NCBI GenBank assembly: GCA_946965045.2
Contig: OX337233.1
Span: 1,674,001 to 1,738,000 of the forward strand
DNA length: 64,000 bases
DNA from: Epithemia pelagica
Taxonomy: Eukaryota; Protista; Bacillariophyta
Direction of reading: 5' to 3'
The position numbers were made by a program, and so were the translations under genes. Shown in pieces: positions 44,846-58,144 of this stretch (positions are counted from its first letter, which is position 1; each line of letters starts with the position of its first letter). The notes below the pieces were generated by a model. It ran no database searches. It had not been told where the DNA came from and worked only from the letters and a program-made list of their open reading frames with translations.

Positions 44846-45370
44846 CAGTCTCATTTCTAGCTCTAACTAGAGCATAGGTCCTCCGTTCATAGTCATGTGT
44901 ACCTGTTTGTGTCTTGGCCCATTGATGACCACCTGCATCAGCAACATGTAGGTTGATTGAAGACCATACAATATTGATATCTGGCCAGTCACCAGCAGGG
45001 AATTGTTCATGGACCCACACTATCCATATAATTTCAATACAAATAGCCACCTCAAACTGCCATTGAATTTATAGGAGAACCACTTTGGATTGAAGGGCTG
45101 TGGCTCACAGATTCTAAAGTCTATGTCATCCACTGACACCTTGCAAAAAAGGCCCAAGAGAATGGACAGACACAGGAAATTGAGAGAGCTAGACAGCAAG
45201 ATGTCCAATTTTCCATGGCTGAAGAATGTATCCAGAAGTTGATAGTGCAATGTGTTGTTTGCACAGATCCAGCATGCAATGGGGAGAAGTGCCTTGACTT
45301 TGGGTTCTTTTTTAACTGTTGATCCACCAAGAACCAAAGCCCGTTTCTTCTGTTTTGATTCTTTCAATAG
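44846..45370 (-). pseudogene. N-terminal/central part of the older PHIS-type transposase relic (insertion target)
   Basis: VSVDDIDFRICEPQPFNPKWFSYKFNG...IVWV...FPAGDWPDINI...RRTYALVRARNET, frameshifted. Confidence 0.8.
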
Positions 45371-45675
45371 ACAAGGCTACATTCCTCATGGACCCAGAGC
45401 CTGTCAACTTCAAGTGACTCCTTTTCTGTGCTCACAAGACAAGATCTGCAGCAAACCTCAGAGACTTTTTATTGGTGTAGGTGACATGCAATATGCCCTC
45501 CTTCAACTCCTTCCTGTGTGCAAATGTGAAGAGTAGAGAATAACTGGTGTTAGAATTAGGAATTGAAATATGACTAATTATAAATGCTTTGGGTATACAC
45601 TTACAGTAGATTCACAACCATGTATCATTATGTCCTTGCAACATCCCAACTTATCATAAAACTGGGCAGTAGTCA

Positions 45676-46466
45676 TGTTAGAATTCTCACCGTCTATGGT
45701 GGTTAGATTCTACATCTCATCGATTCCCCATGTCACATAGCCTCGTGCTATCGCATCATGCCACCTAGCTTCGAGCTATGTTCCCTAGCTGCGCTATATC
45801 GACCTATATTTCTTCGCAAATCATGAAAAGTGAGAATAGATTGACGAACTCACTCTCAAGACTAAACTGGGTCGTGCGGTATTACAACGAACGTAAATTT
45901 GGCCGTTGCTCGGACATTATACTAATGCCCTAAGCGTACGCGCCCGAAATCATCGAGCGCGCCCAAGCAACATCCAAGCGCCGTCGGATCCTATCCGATC
46001 CAACTGTCTAAGTATCCCAAGCACGACACACGATCATGCGAGACCATATTTCCATTCCCACAATCTCCAAATTGTCAACAAGCTGCGCGCCATGAAAACA
46101 ACTATGCCAACCCAAAGCAAGAGCTGTTGACCCTGTATATGTTATCCGCCCACATATACATGTCATATACATCACATGAATCGACTCCAACTATTCCAAA
46201 CCTGTTGCCGCCAAGAACCTATGACACATGACCCTTGGCAGGACTGAACATTTCACGTAGACCTATCGTAGTAATCAACACACAATCTAACAATAGTATC
46301 ACCATTTATCACATCCTCTTTTGTGTCCCGACTATCCCTTTGATAGACTACGACTTGGTTTCCTCTCTTACCCGTGGAGAGGTTTGTATCGGTTGGTGAC
46401 TAACTGATTGTCTGCTCTACCGAGCATCAATGCCACTGCAACTGCAATATCAAGAGAATTGTAACA
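45676..46466 (+). repeat. 5' LTR of the sister copy (~791 bp)
   Basis: TGTTAGAATTCTC ... GAGAATTGTAACA (12/13 inverted match), followed by the variant PBS GATGAACAGTC. Confidence 0.72.
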
Positions 46467-46502
46467 GATGAACAGTCTCAAAGCTTATTTCCTTGTGGTT
46501 TT

Positions 46503-47282
46503 ATGGATACTAATGAGCTTATCGCTCCTGTACGACAGATCTATCGAGCCAACCTGCATCCCGGGCAGCCCGATACCCTGGTGCAGCAGGAACTGGTGCC
46601 GACGCCGAAGGCAGCCAACACATCGGTCAACATCTCCGTCGACAGTTCCAACAGCAACCCATTCGAGACTCCAACCCAGCCTCACACTCCGATGCCTGCG
46701 CCGTTGGTTCGGCCACCGAGTCCACCTCGTCGGCTCGTCCCTTCTCGATCCTGTCGTACCACCCGGTTGATTGCTGATCATATCAAGTACTTCCGTCAAC
46801 CAACTTCTTCGACCTTCGATCCCGAGATCATCCGTGGGGAGACCCAGATCGAACGCCAGTTCCAATCGGTGACCCACATCGTCGACCAAGAAGACATTGA
46901 ACGTCTGAACGACCAACTTCATCGCTCTCCGAGGCGCCGCCTCATCTTGGCCGCCTTCTCGGGCAACCCCATCCGTACTGTCCACCTCCACTTCCTAACC
47001 TTCGAGCGCCCAACTGGATACTACAACACCATCTACATCGTGAACGCGACGACTTGCCCCCTGCCTCCTAACGTTGTACGCCTAGATAACTACGTTGCCT
47101 ACATTCACGAGGTCCATTCCATCGAGGACCATCGTGCAACTATCTTCCATTTGCGTGCCCAGACCGAGAACCACTCGGCTGAAGGTGATACCCCTTCTTC
47201 TGTTGCTTGTGCTGCCCCATCTGAGCCTGGAAACGACTCTGATCATTCGGAAGAGAGTGGAGATTCAGAAACCGAAGCTTAA
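46503..47282 (+). CDS. Extra 259-aa ORF, sister copy
   Basis: Same length as the array ORF, with about 24 aa differences by manual count and no indel or stop. Confidence 0.7.
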   Translation: MDTNELIAPVRQIYRANLHPGQPDTLVQQELVPTPKAANTSVNISVDSSNSNPFETPTQPHTPMPAPLVRPPSPPRRLVPSRSCRTTRLIADHIKYFRQPTSSTFDPEIIRGETQIERQFQSVTHIVDQEDIERLNDQLHRSPRRRLILAAFSGNPIRTVHLHFLTFERPTGYYNTIYIVNATTCPLPPNVVRLDNYVAYIHEVHSIEDHRATIFHLRAQTENHSAEGDTPSSVACAAPSEPGNDSDHSEESGDSETEA

Positions 47283-47581
47283 TTACTCATAGTTAACTCC
47301 CGTCCTCTCAAAACCGTTCCAAGACTTAAACTCAACGCACATCCGGGTACCCTTGGTCGCACAACACGCCACACATTCCCGTGTTGAAACTCAGCGAAAA
47401 TTTGTCGGAATCAACGGAAATGTCCAGGAGTCGCACATCACAACACACATCCGGGTAACACATACGTGGTACATAAGTGGCACACGTGGTACATCCGGGT
47501 TCACATCACATCACACATTAAATAAACCACATCACAATCACACCGCACATTAAATAAACATCGAACCAACCAAATAACACC

Positions 47582-49739
47582 ATGGATCCTCAATCACCCA
47601 AGACACCTACGACTCCTAAGGGAGAAGATAACCAAGACAATGTCTCGAACACAGACCTATTCGACCACATCATATTTACTGTCTGCCAATTCTTTACCAA
47701 GGAAATGGCCGACTACTTAACGAAGTGGATGAAATTCTATGGTTTTGAGAACATTACCCATATCATCTCGTATATGCAAACTAATACCGAGGAATCCATG
47801 AACGAACTGACCCAATACAAGGTCAACAAACAGACACATGATCTACAAGGCCCCACAAGACAGCAAATCAAGCTCTTGGCTTATTGGGCCATATACAAGA
47901 CCAATGAAATTCAAGACAAGCTATCCAATAGCGACTGGATGAACCTAACGAGGAAAGAGTTCAACACTTGGAGGATCAACACAGATTTCTCTAAGGGACC
48001 ACCTAGCCAAGTTCCAGTCTCGCCAATGAAGTCACCGTCATCTGCGAAATCTGTTAGCACAGTTACCGCCGCATCCCAATCTCAACAAGACCTTCCGGCA
48101 TTCAGAAAGGGAACTAAGCGCGACGCAACTGCGTATGAGGTATTCAAGGATGAACGATACTACGATTCATTCTGGCGTGTAGTCAAGACTACAGCTAAGG
48201 CTCAAGGCCTATCCAACGTTCTGAATTTCAAATACACACCACCCCATGATGATGAGTATGCCGAAGAACTTTTTCAAGAGCAACAAGTATTTCTTTACTC
48301 CGTTCTTGTCCGTATCATTCAGACTGACCAAGGTCAAGCCTATGTACGTGAATATGAACATGATGAAGATGCGCGTGCCGTATTGCAGAAGTTACATTCT
48401 TTGCATACCGAATCCGACCTAGCAAAACGAGAAGTCCTCCGTTTGACCAACTACATTTCCAATCTACGTCTTGACGACACATGGCACGGAACAACACGTC
48501 AATCTATTCTACACTTTCAAGAGCAGCTACGTTTGCTAGACAATCTGGTGACATTGTCTGATCGCATCCCTGATCATACCAGGATGACCTTCCTCATGCA
48601 AGCTGTAGAAAAGGTACCTGATCTCCGCCGAGTCGAGATCTTAGACAATGTGGTGAACACAAAATCCGGTGCGAAATCCCTTTGCTATCAATCATACTTC
48701 CGTCTTCTTCTGGACGCAGCTTATGACCATGATCAAGCAACCCAGTCATCTGTTCATAGTCGCCGTCGACATGTCAAACAACATGAATCACTATATGGCC
48801 AAGATACAGATACTGACATAACCTCACAAGATGATATGGAGTATCATGTTCACAACACTAACGTGACATCTGACTCTCCATCCTCTTCGTCCAAGGTTAG
48901 TCTACCGCGTGACCTCTGGTTTAAACTTTCTGAAGAAGATCGCAAGTTGATCATTAAGTACAACAAGATGATTCAAGCACCTTCATCAACAACGCCAAGG
49001 AAAGTGCAAACACATGCCCTTGACATTGATCCGAAACCTGATCCTGACCCCAATCAAGTTATATCTGACGACGACTCACCTGGCGTAGCCTCTGAGCATT
49101 CAGATGATTCAGATCCGGTCACACAATTTATCAACCAAGCCATGACGACTGATATCAATCCTCCGGCAACTGACCTGACTAGTGTTCTTTCTAACGCCAA
49201 GTCTAAGACGAGAGAGAAGGTTACTTTCAAAGCCAACATGCATAAACAAGCAGGACATGCTCCGCGCTACTTGTTTTCCAGGAAATCTACATTTACCAGG
49301 CAATCAATTGATTGACCGTGGTGCTAATGGAGGACTTGCTGGTTCTGACATGCGCATCCTTTCTAAGACTGGCCGTCATATCACTATTGTGGGTATTGAT
49401 AACCATGAACTTACTGGACTTCCTGTCGTCACATGTGCCGCAAAGTTTGAGACCAATGATGGACCTATTGTCGGCATCTTCAATAAATATGCTTATTATG
49501 GAAAGGGCTTATCTATCCATGATCCTGGTCAATTCGAGCATTTCGGACTTGCTGTTGATGAACGATCTGTTAAAGTTGATGGTAAACAACGCATCACTAC
49601 ACTTGATGGTCGTGCTATTCCCCTTCACATCAAGGATGGGTTAGCCTACATCCACTCCTTGGGTATCCCCAGCGACGATGACATGAATACCTTACCTCAG
49701 ATCATCTTCACGTCACCCGACACATGGGATCCTGGTGTT
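47582..49739 (+). pseudogene. gag-pol: gag-protease of the sister copy, frameshifted and truncated before integrase
   Basis: Homologous to the array gag. An extra A at 49291 shifts the frame just before LIDRGANGG. Confidence 0.92.
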
Positions 49740-50160
49740 TACCCTAGCAAAGAGACGGGGATGTCAGTAAAGTGAATTTAGTAAGAAAAAGAGGCTCTAG
49801 TAGCAGAAATAACATCTCTCTGTTGCCCAAACCCTGACTTTTCAGCAACTCATGATATCCACAGATCTTAGACACTGCCCCAACACTTCAGCCTCAGGGG
49901 TATCCATCATCAATCTGTCAGACTCATTCAAGGTTATGATCAGTACAAAACATTAAATTTTCTTGAAAATGTGCAAACTATGAATATTGGTGGTGGTTCT
50001 TGTCTGAACGGATGTCACTAGGGACCATTTGAATATTTCGTTTTGTGTGTGGAATGAGAAAATGATCCTTTGCGACCAAACAGTCATATATGCGACCATA
50101 TCCTAAAAAGCTGCTGTGGGCTTCCCGGGTGATCTAACCAAAACAAAGTGGGCGCGCTTT

Positions 50161-50242
50161 GGCAAAGTCTTAAGCATGATCTAAACAGACATTTCCCATG
50201 GGGCAAAGTCTTAGGCATGATCTAAACAAACATTTCCCATGG
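50161..50242. repeat. 41-bp tandem duplication flanked by a 14-bp imperfect inverted repeat
   Basis: ggcaaagtctta(a/g)gcatgatctaaaca(g/a)acatttcccatgg x2; inverted repeat at 50144-50157 and 50242-50255. Confidence 0.85.
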
Positions 50243-50969
50243 TGCACCCACTTTGCTTGGATGACGTGCTTGTCGGTTGGATTGACGAGAGTTAGGCTGA
50301 GGGGAGGGCCATGGTCTGTGCATTAGGGATTCCTAGTTCTCCGTGGTGTTTGGGAAGGGTGGCAATGAGGAGAGCGTGAGGGGGGAGTGACAGGTGTTGT
50401 TGTGTTGTACGTTGGAGAAAAGTGGAGTTGAGAGTGTCGAGTTGATGGATTGAGCTGAGAGTGTTTTATGTTGTTAGCTTTTGAACGAAATCTCCCCTAC
50501 ATTAGTCTAAGTCTGGAGGTGACCCCTTATAATTTTATCTTTTATCTCTCTACTTTTGTTCAGTTTATCAGACCCATTGGTCATTAGCACCATGGAAATG
50601 GCAAGGCCTGGGAAGGCAGAGAACATCCAGGTCGACCCTCATTTCATGACACATGAATCGACCTCCATGCGGCCCACTGAATTGGTGCACCATGGTCTCG
50701 TTTGCGGAAACAGATCGACAGAGTGTGTCACAGTCACGGGGACCACGGTTCACGGACGCATGATCCACCCTAATCCGCTAGGGAAAACAGAATGCGAAAC
50801 CGACCGCCAAAAGATACTACTACCGAACGGCCGAGGAACTCCATTATTCCACTGAAACCGCCATTCATTGTACATCATTCTAAAGAACCCGGTGCAGGTA
50901 ATACTGAATCTCATTTTTCGCTCATAAATCCATTTGCGTTGCGTTTGTTTTGTCCTTGAGCTTTATCAA

Positions 50970-51700
50970 CAACCATGACAGCTGTGGCTCTTTGACAGGC
51001 CTTTCAGAAAATTGGCTGCAGGACTATTCGGACAACGATGTAGAAACTTTGTGCTCGGCGTTGAAGAAACCAGGCGGGTTGTCTGATGCAGAAGATGGAA
51101 CGATGATGGTCAATCCAGGACTGACCGTACCGAGATAAACTTAAAATTGCTTTGTTTTCTTTGTCCTCATTACTCTTATACCAGTTGTACCCTTGATGCA
51201 GGATCCATCCAGTTCGCACTTTTGAATCCAATGGTGGCGGTGAAGGCGGAAGAAGACTACCCCAATGAATTTGACAAGAGCTGTTCCCGATGTTATGGCA
51301 ATTTGGCCCCAGCATTTTGGCCCCAACATTCGAACCAGTATCGTGGGCAATCTGTTGTTTCTCTATCGTATATCATTCGTATCACCCAAAACCCATAAGC
51401 CGAAGCGGAAGATCCCTCATATATATAATATATAATATATAGGGCAGGCAAACAGCACATATAGCTCGATCCTATAGGAGATGGAAGGAAGATGCTACAT
51501 ACAATGCTAACAACGCTCGTGTTTGGACTCTGTTGCAGGCGGCGATGGATTGAACACCGGAACATGTATAACTGGATCTCTTCCCATGCAGGCGCATGCG
51601 GCATGGACTGCATTTGTTGCACATTATCGTGGATCTTCAGCCATTGAGAACATTGTTACTTCTTCATCCAGAGAGCCAACAATACAAGAGGGACTGAACT
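50970..51700 (+). pseudogene. gag: Degenerate CoDi gag relic (third family)
   Basis: DNDVETLCSALKKPGG...NPGLTVP and AAWTAFVAHYRGSSAIENIVTS, with several frameshifts. Confidence 0.55.
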
Positions 51701-51949
51701 GGCATTTCGGTTACTTAATCCCATAAGTTGACAGTTTGTAGACCTAGGCTTCCATCGAGGTAGCTTTGTCCCATCTTCAAAAGTCTGTTGCTGATTGCAT
51801 CCCATACTTGTAGATGGTTTCCTTGATGGCTGCTTCCACTTCCTCATTATCTTCCTAGAGAATATGGTGTAAACAATGTCCCATTTTTTCCTGGGTTTTC
51901 TTCCCTGTAGGCTAGCTGCGTCCACTGTCATATACACACATTCTGTCTT

Positions 51950-54170
51950 CGTCGCGACCATAGATGAATACCTCTAAGCCAGCATTCCATAACCTGTCAA
52001 AGATATGGATCACCCGTAGACGGTATATTTTGGGGTCCCCTGGATCTTTTTCCGAGCCACCGGTCGGCAAAATGACCTGTTTGAAAGGAAGCAGTCAAGG
52101 CACGGCCCGTCACATCGAAAAAGTGGGCGCATTTGTTTTCAGCGGGGGCACTGATGGCCAAGGTGTCACTGTGGGTAGTAATTTGGTCTCCACTAATAGT
52201 GCAATTGGGATTGGCTCTGGCCAGAAGGAGCTTGTCTGGTTGATGAGCAAGAACTGCCTGGGGGGCATTTGTATTATCATCTTTTTTTGGGAAGGTCCAG
52301 AAGTAACAGTGACACCGCTCGGGGATGTAGACGTGGACTCTTTCCACCGTTGGAATTTGCGTCGTAAGTCAGCAGCACTGGTAATAATAACGTTTGAAAT
52401 TCGGGAAAGTGGTGGCCCTTGAAGCTGTGCTAAAAGCGCTGCGGTGGCGGGGTTGAGGTTTGGCAGTTGGAGGGCACACTGGATGCCCTGATGGCCATGG
52501 CACGCATTGCAGCCTAAACAGTCGAGGGTGGGTCCCTGGGTGAAGAAGGGTCCTTGGGTATGGCTAAAATGATTCAAGTTTCTGCTGATCAGGCGTGGCC
52601 CAATGTGATCCGGGTCGTGGAGCCACTCGTATTCGCCCGTGGCACGCCCTTCCAGATCCACAGCCGGAACTTTGAGGAATGCCAGACCGCCGCCTGATTG
52701 ATGTTTGCGTAGCATGGTCCTAAAGCGATAAAATACTCTTTGGACGGATTTGACACCTTGGAGCCCTGCCAGTACTGCAGCCTTCTTTTGATTATCTGGC
52801 TCGAGCTTTGAGGAATTCCTCTTGCAATAGGACACTGTTGCGTTCACATTCGGACAAGTAACTTTTGGCTTTTTTTAAGTGGCTGAGGAGCATTCGGCGG
52901 GTAGGAGGAGACTCAAAAGTTGGAGGATCCCACTCCCGTTCGTCCAAAAAATATCTTTCAGTGCGTAGCTCAGAAATCCAAATGCACCAGAACCGAACCC
53001 GGCGGCGGGCATTAACAAGTGTTGGAGACCAAGGGTGGGAAGTGTGGAGAGGGTGGGTGTGATGGGCTCCACACTTCCTCTCGGCCGACAACATACCTCG
53101 ACTTAACTCGATAATTCCATTCAAAAGGGATTGCGTGGTTGGAAGGATCTTCGGAGGCAAGTTGTTCCAGACGATCAGATCTTTGAACCAGTTTGTGTTG
53201 GACGGAGTATTCTAATACGTGGGTGCGATATTGTAACGCGTGGTTGATGCGATGCATATGCAGGAGCCGCGTTAAAGTCGTGTCGAGGGGAGTAGGCTGT
53301 CCCCCGAAAAATTGCTGGATGTGGAGATCTACGAACAATCCTCGATGGTCAGAGGGAAAAAGTTCATGGTAAGCTGAGATGCCCGCTCGGGCCGTGCAAT
53401 TTGCAATGAGACGGGTCCCAAAGATGTAATCTAATCGTTTTGTTCCATGTTGATATGTGCCGGGGGGTGCCGAGGTCGGTCAAGGAACATTCCTGGACAA
53501 AGCGCAGGAGATGGCCACTTCCGTCATACAAACTCTCGTTTGCATCGATCATTAGCACTACCTTGTACTTGTCCAATACCAACTCATGAATTTCCTTCTG
53601 GAGGTCGCTTGTAATGGTCCAATACCAACTCATGAATTTCCTTCTGGAGGTTGCGGAAGAACTGCTTCCTGGGATCGGGGGTGTTGTTGGGGTTTTGGGT
53701 CCGAAGTAGACGCCACTGCTGCATAAAGGCGGTGTGGCCACCGGCTTGGCTGGGATCTTGATTACACACCCTGTAAGTGGAAATCACTGCTAACTTGCTC
53801 TGCTGATGATGTCCCCGTACAAGGAGCGCGGACCAGCAGCCCATCTGTAACGGATCCGCACGCTGTCGGCATCTGGGTTGCCATGGACCATGGGCCAAGA
53901 TACAAGTGCCACTAGGCTGGTAGCATGTATGATACCGGACAGATGAAGACGCCGTAGCCATAGTGCACGGTTTGAGGACTCGATTAAATTGATGGAAGAT
54001 TTCATGTTGGGCATGGGGGTTGCACCAATCCACATTGGTCTCGACTAAGCCTAGGATATCCATGTCGGCGCCCATGGTCGTGATGGCCACAGTCTGAGCA
54101 TGGCTGAAATTGGTTTGTGATTCCAGGCCGTTAATGTTCTGGAAATAGAGGCGTAAATGGTCATGATTCT
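51950..54170 (-). mobile_element. Degenerate non-LTR retrotransposon ORF2 (APE endonuclease to start of RT), Ambal-like
   Basis: LRLYFQNINGL (~54125-54158), DILGLVETN, VISTYRVC, VVLMIDANE, KWKESTSTSPSG, KDPGDPKIYRLRVIHIFD (~52000-52050); many frameshifts. Confidence 0.75.
53571..53651. repeat. 35-bp direct duplication at 46-bp period inside the LINE relic (frameshifting)
   Basis: gtccaataccaactcatgaatttccttctggaggt at 53571 and 53617. Confidence 0.9.
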
Positions 54171-56052
54171 TAGGGGTACAGGGGTCGCCCCCTACCGCAA
54201 GACGAAAGGAAGCAAGAGCGACAACGATGTGAAATATGATGAAGCTGACAAAAAAGTCACAGCTACCAACAGTAAGCTCCTCAATGGTTTCAACATATCA
54301 ACGGCTCCCCCTCAAGTCTGTAAATACGCACAGAAGCTGGTGGCTCCTTTTCTGCTCCTCCTCAAGTCTGTAAATACGCACAGAAGATGGTGGCTCCTTT
54401 TCGGACCAACCATACAAATCTTCATGATGCCGTTCGGGATGCCATGGCTGATTCAGATTTTGTATCCTCAGCCACCGACAAAAAGTCGGGAGCACCCCTT
54501 CTGATAATGGCAGTGGTCCGCCATCTAGTGAACCACAAGGAACAGCTGTGGTTCCAGCCAAACACACTGGAGTTCAAGATTCCTGTGAGGCCTCAAGATT
54601 TCCTGTCCCCCTTGTGAAGAAGGAAAACTTCATTGCAATAAAACCAACTTCTAAAAAAACAAGAGGTTGTTTCCTATCTTCAAACAGGGTGGAGCACCCT
54701 CTTTGGCCATCATCATGTCGTGCAAATGTACACGATGCCCCATGAGGAATGACACAAACGACGCCCAGCTCCTCATGCCCTTTCCCATTCACATTTGGAA
54801 TGCATACCCTGTCTTACCCAGGTATGCTGACAATGGAATGCTGTCCATTTGGATGGAACAAGCCCACTTCCCAAGTCCAGGAAGGCTTGATGCTCATGTA
54901 AAGCAATGGGGACAAAGTCTCCAGGATGATCTATGAGCCCACCCAACATTTAGATAAGATCATGGAGTATCTGTCCGTGTGGAAAGGACTTCACACCATC
55001 AACGGCGGGGTGAGTGAATCTCCTCCCTTGTAGCCAGAGCTACAGGGGGAGTTTATCACCACATGGCCCCCAAGTGGTGAACTCATCAGCTTCTCTCTGA
55101 TACTGGTAGATCTGGTCGGTTGTCATGTCACCTTTGAAGTTGACCAATCTCATTGACGTGGAGTAGTGGCGAAGAGACTTCTTCCATAATAATGAGTTCT
55201 GGTTTTTTTCGGCTACACACAGGTCAATGAGGCAGTCAAAACCCTCGACAAAACGGCAAATCTGGATGCTGTCCATGCATATGGTCGAGATCTGTTTTGC
55301 TTTGTCATCATATGGGACCTGCCGTTGTGTAGGAAGGTCCTCACAGCCTAATAGACACTTGTTCACAGTCTCATTGATCTTGTTTTGAAAGTCCTGAAAC
55401 TTTTGGTCGATACCATGCTCTTTGTATTTTCCAATCCTCCCTTACAACCATCGTGAGAAGTTTCAAACCCATCCTGTTTTCCATATGTAAGATGCAGGGT
55501 ACTGCATCAATCATGTACATGAGGGCTGTTGTCTTGGAAGAGTTGGTGAATTGGTCAGTAACTCTCTGGGTTTGGTGGTACCACCATTCCTATGCATGGG
55601 AAGACTTCAGTCATTTCTGTCTATCCTCGGGACTTCATTTTTAACCATGCAATTTAGAATTGCTAAGTGGAACACAAGGATATTTTGTGTATATGATCGA
55701 CAACTTTGATGCACATGTGACAAGCATTGGTAAGAAATAAATATTAATAGTTAGGAAGTACTAAGTAATACAATCAATAAGAAACTGCTCCAAGTTTTGT
55801 TTCTCATCATCCGATAAAATGATTGTTAATAAACTCCTCCAATTCCTTTTCCTCATCATCCGGCATCACAAGGACACCTTCCATCACAAACAAATACTCC
55901 CACCATGACGTCTCATCAAAACCATCAATATGGTCACTTGCATAGCAGAAAAACTTTCCGTGTCGAGAAACTTTGTCGACACGTCGTTGTGGTCCATTAC
56001 GTGAATGCGAGTGAGTTGCCAGGGCTGCTTATCTTTGTTACTCAACAGATTC

Positions 56053-56208
56053 ACTGCACGATAATAGTTTTCCTCTTCATTATCATCCGGAGCCGTTTCC
56101 AAATACAGAACAAGATGCTATGATGATAAAACTGCACGATAATAGTTTTCCTCTTCATTATCATCCGGAGCCGTTTCCAAATACAGAACAAGATGCTATG
56201 ATGATAAA
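56053..56208. repeat. 78-bp tandem duplication
   Basis: actgcacgataatagtt...gctatgatgataa(a) at 56053 and 56131. Confidence 0.9.
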
Positions 56209-58083
56209 TGCTCAAGATATCTTCTGACGTGGAGGTCACATGAACCCTGTTTGCGTCAACCTGGACACTAACGGAATCCACCCTCTCCCACATCTGCTGC
56301 TCGTCCGCCATTAACCCTGTCCAGAGTCTCCATCAAATCACCATTGCATCATTCCTAGATACACTTTCAAAGAACTCCTTCTTCATGTCAGTTCTTTTAT
56401 AATCAAGTGGCTCAATAAAAATGACAAACACAACACTGTTTCCATCACAGAAGATGATACCTTTAAAAAGGAATTGTTCCTGTTTGTCAATATCCACATT
56501 CTTGATTACATTGAGAGGCCTGCTGAATGCAGCACTCACAGTGGTTCCCAATGGGACGTGGGGAGATGCCACACTAAATCCAACAGAACACTCGATAGAG
56601 TTGGAAAGACTACTCAATTGATCCAACAGACTACCAAAGAAGTTACAAGATCTCCAAGGTGACGAAAGTGGACATGGTGGACGAGATCACGAACATCAAA
56701 ACGGACATGGCAGCCATGAAATTGGACATGATGGACATGAATAGCTAGTTGGATACGATTATTTGCCACCTCGATCCTTGATAACCCGGTATGAAGAAGT
56801 CCATTATGCATTCACTAACACTACCTATATCTCGCTGCAACACACGATCAGATGAGGTAGAGCATCGTGTAAGAAAAGTAATATGATGCCAAATGTCCAT
56901 TGAACCGTCCACAGTTTGTCCCTTTTCACAACCGGTCGTACTCTTCCTCCAATTCAGGGTATTGTCGCTTCTTGGAAGAAGAGACCAAGTGTTCTTTAAG
57001 GCCAAAATAACGAATACTCTTGAATAAGGCGGTAGTTTTGGCCCGTTGTGCTTCCCGGACATCAGCAGCAAAAGGACCAAGTTGAGCACAATGATGTTCT
57101 GTCCATGAGAGAGCAGTTGCAGAAGGCACTGGACGTAGATTAGAACAAAGTGATTGAACCAGGAAGAAAGGAGGTGATGTTTGCGGTTGGCCCCAGGTAT
57201 AAGTGACCTTGTAGTGCATGTACATCCTCCATTCACTAGGGTGTGGCTGAAGATAGTCCGGAGGATTCATCCACGGTAAAGAATGCCATCCGCTCCACGG
57301 TTCAGTAGTCCAACATCCTCCATTCATTGTTTTGCTTGGTTTAGGTGAAACACAAACGGCGGGATTGAAACCAAGTGCGTTTTCTAAAGTGGACTTCCAG
57401 GTGATATTCCAATCATCCTCCCAAACTTTGAATATGGGATAGCGACTAATAAGAATCATACACTCCTTAAGAACACCACTTTCATCTGTTGTGAGAAAAT
57501 GGCGATTTCGTTTCTCGACGTAAGGAAAGCTCATTTTGATAAGCAGTGCTGTGATTTATGTTATTTCTTGATTATGTGCCCTAAAATGACAACTCTATTT
57601 GCCTTTATGAGGCGACAAGTGCAAGTAATCTGTCCATTCCAATCCCAAATCACACCACCTGAGGTACTTTTACTGACAACTTAAGTCCACTGACTGACTA
57701 CTGACACCAGTAAGTAACCTGACTTTGTTAGATTACAATTTGTGTAATGACAATTGGGCCATCTCTCCTTCTATTTTGTTCAAGGAAGACGGAGGCCCCG
57801 AATTTGCAACATGCAGTTACCATTCGAAGAGACCACATGGTATGTATGTACATGTCCCGAAGAATCCATTGCCACCAGTTGCTTCAGATACATCTGGGCA
57901 ATTTGCACCGGCTGTTGTTTGTCCATGAACTCTTTGCAAAGCAAAAGCACAAGAATTCACAAATTCATTTCAAATGAATAAGATGGGTGCATGTTACAGT
58001 GGTTTGGATTCATCTACACTTACCAATCAAGGAAAAGGAAGCGAAGTTGATTTCATTGCAATCGAACAAGACGTGATTACTTT

Positions 58084-58144
58084 ACATGAACGTCCCGACA
58101 TGAACGTCCCGATATGAACGTCCCGACATGAACGTCCCGACATG
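58084..58144. repeat. 14-bp minisatellite, 4 copies + partial
   Basis: (a(c/t)atgaacgtcccg)x4. Confidence 0.92.

Larger units (their letters stand above)
45676..49739 (+). mobile_element. Diverged, 3'-truncated sister copy of the array copia, inverted relative to the array
   Basis: Starts TGTTAGAATTC at 45676. Homology ends after ...TWDPGV at 49739. It has a different 5' flank (agtca). Confidence 0.93.

Noticed and set aside
56926-57534. 202-aa minus-strand ORF
   Set aside because: No motif recognised and it lies among decayed fragments; left uncalled.
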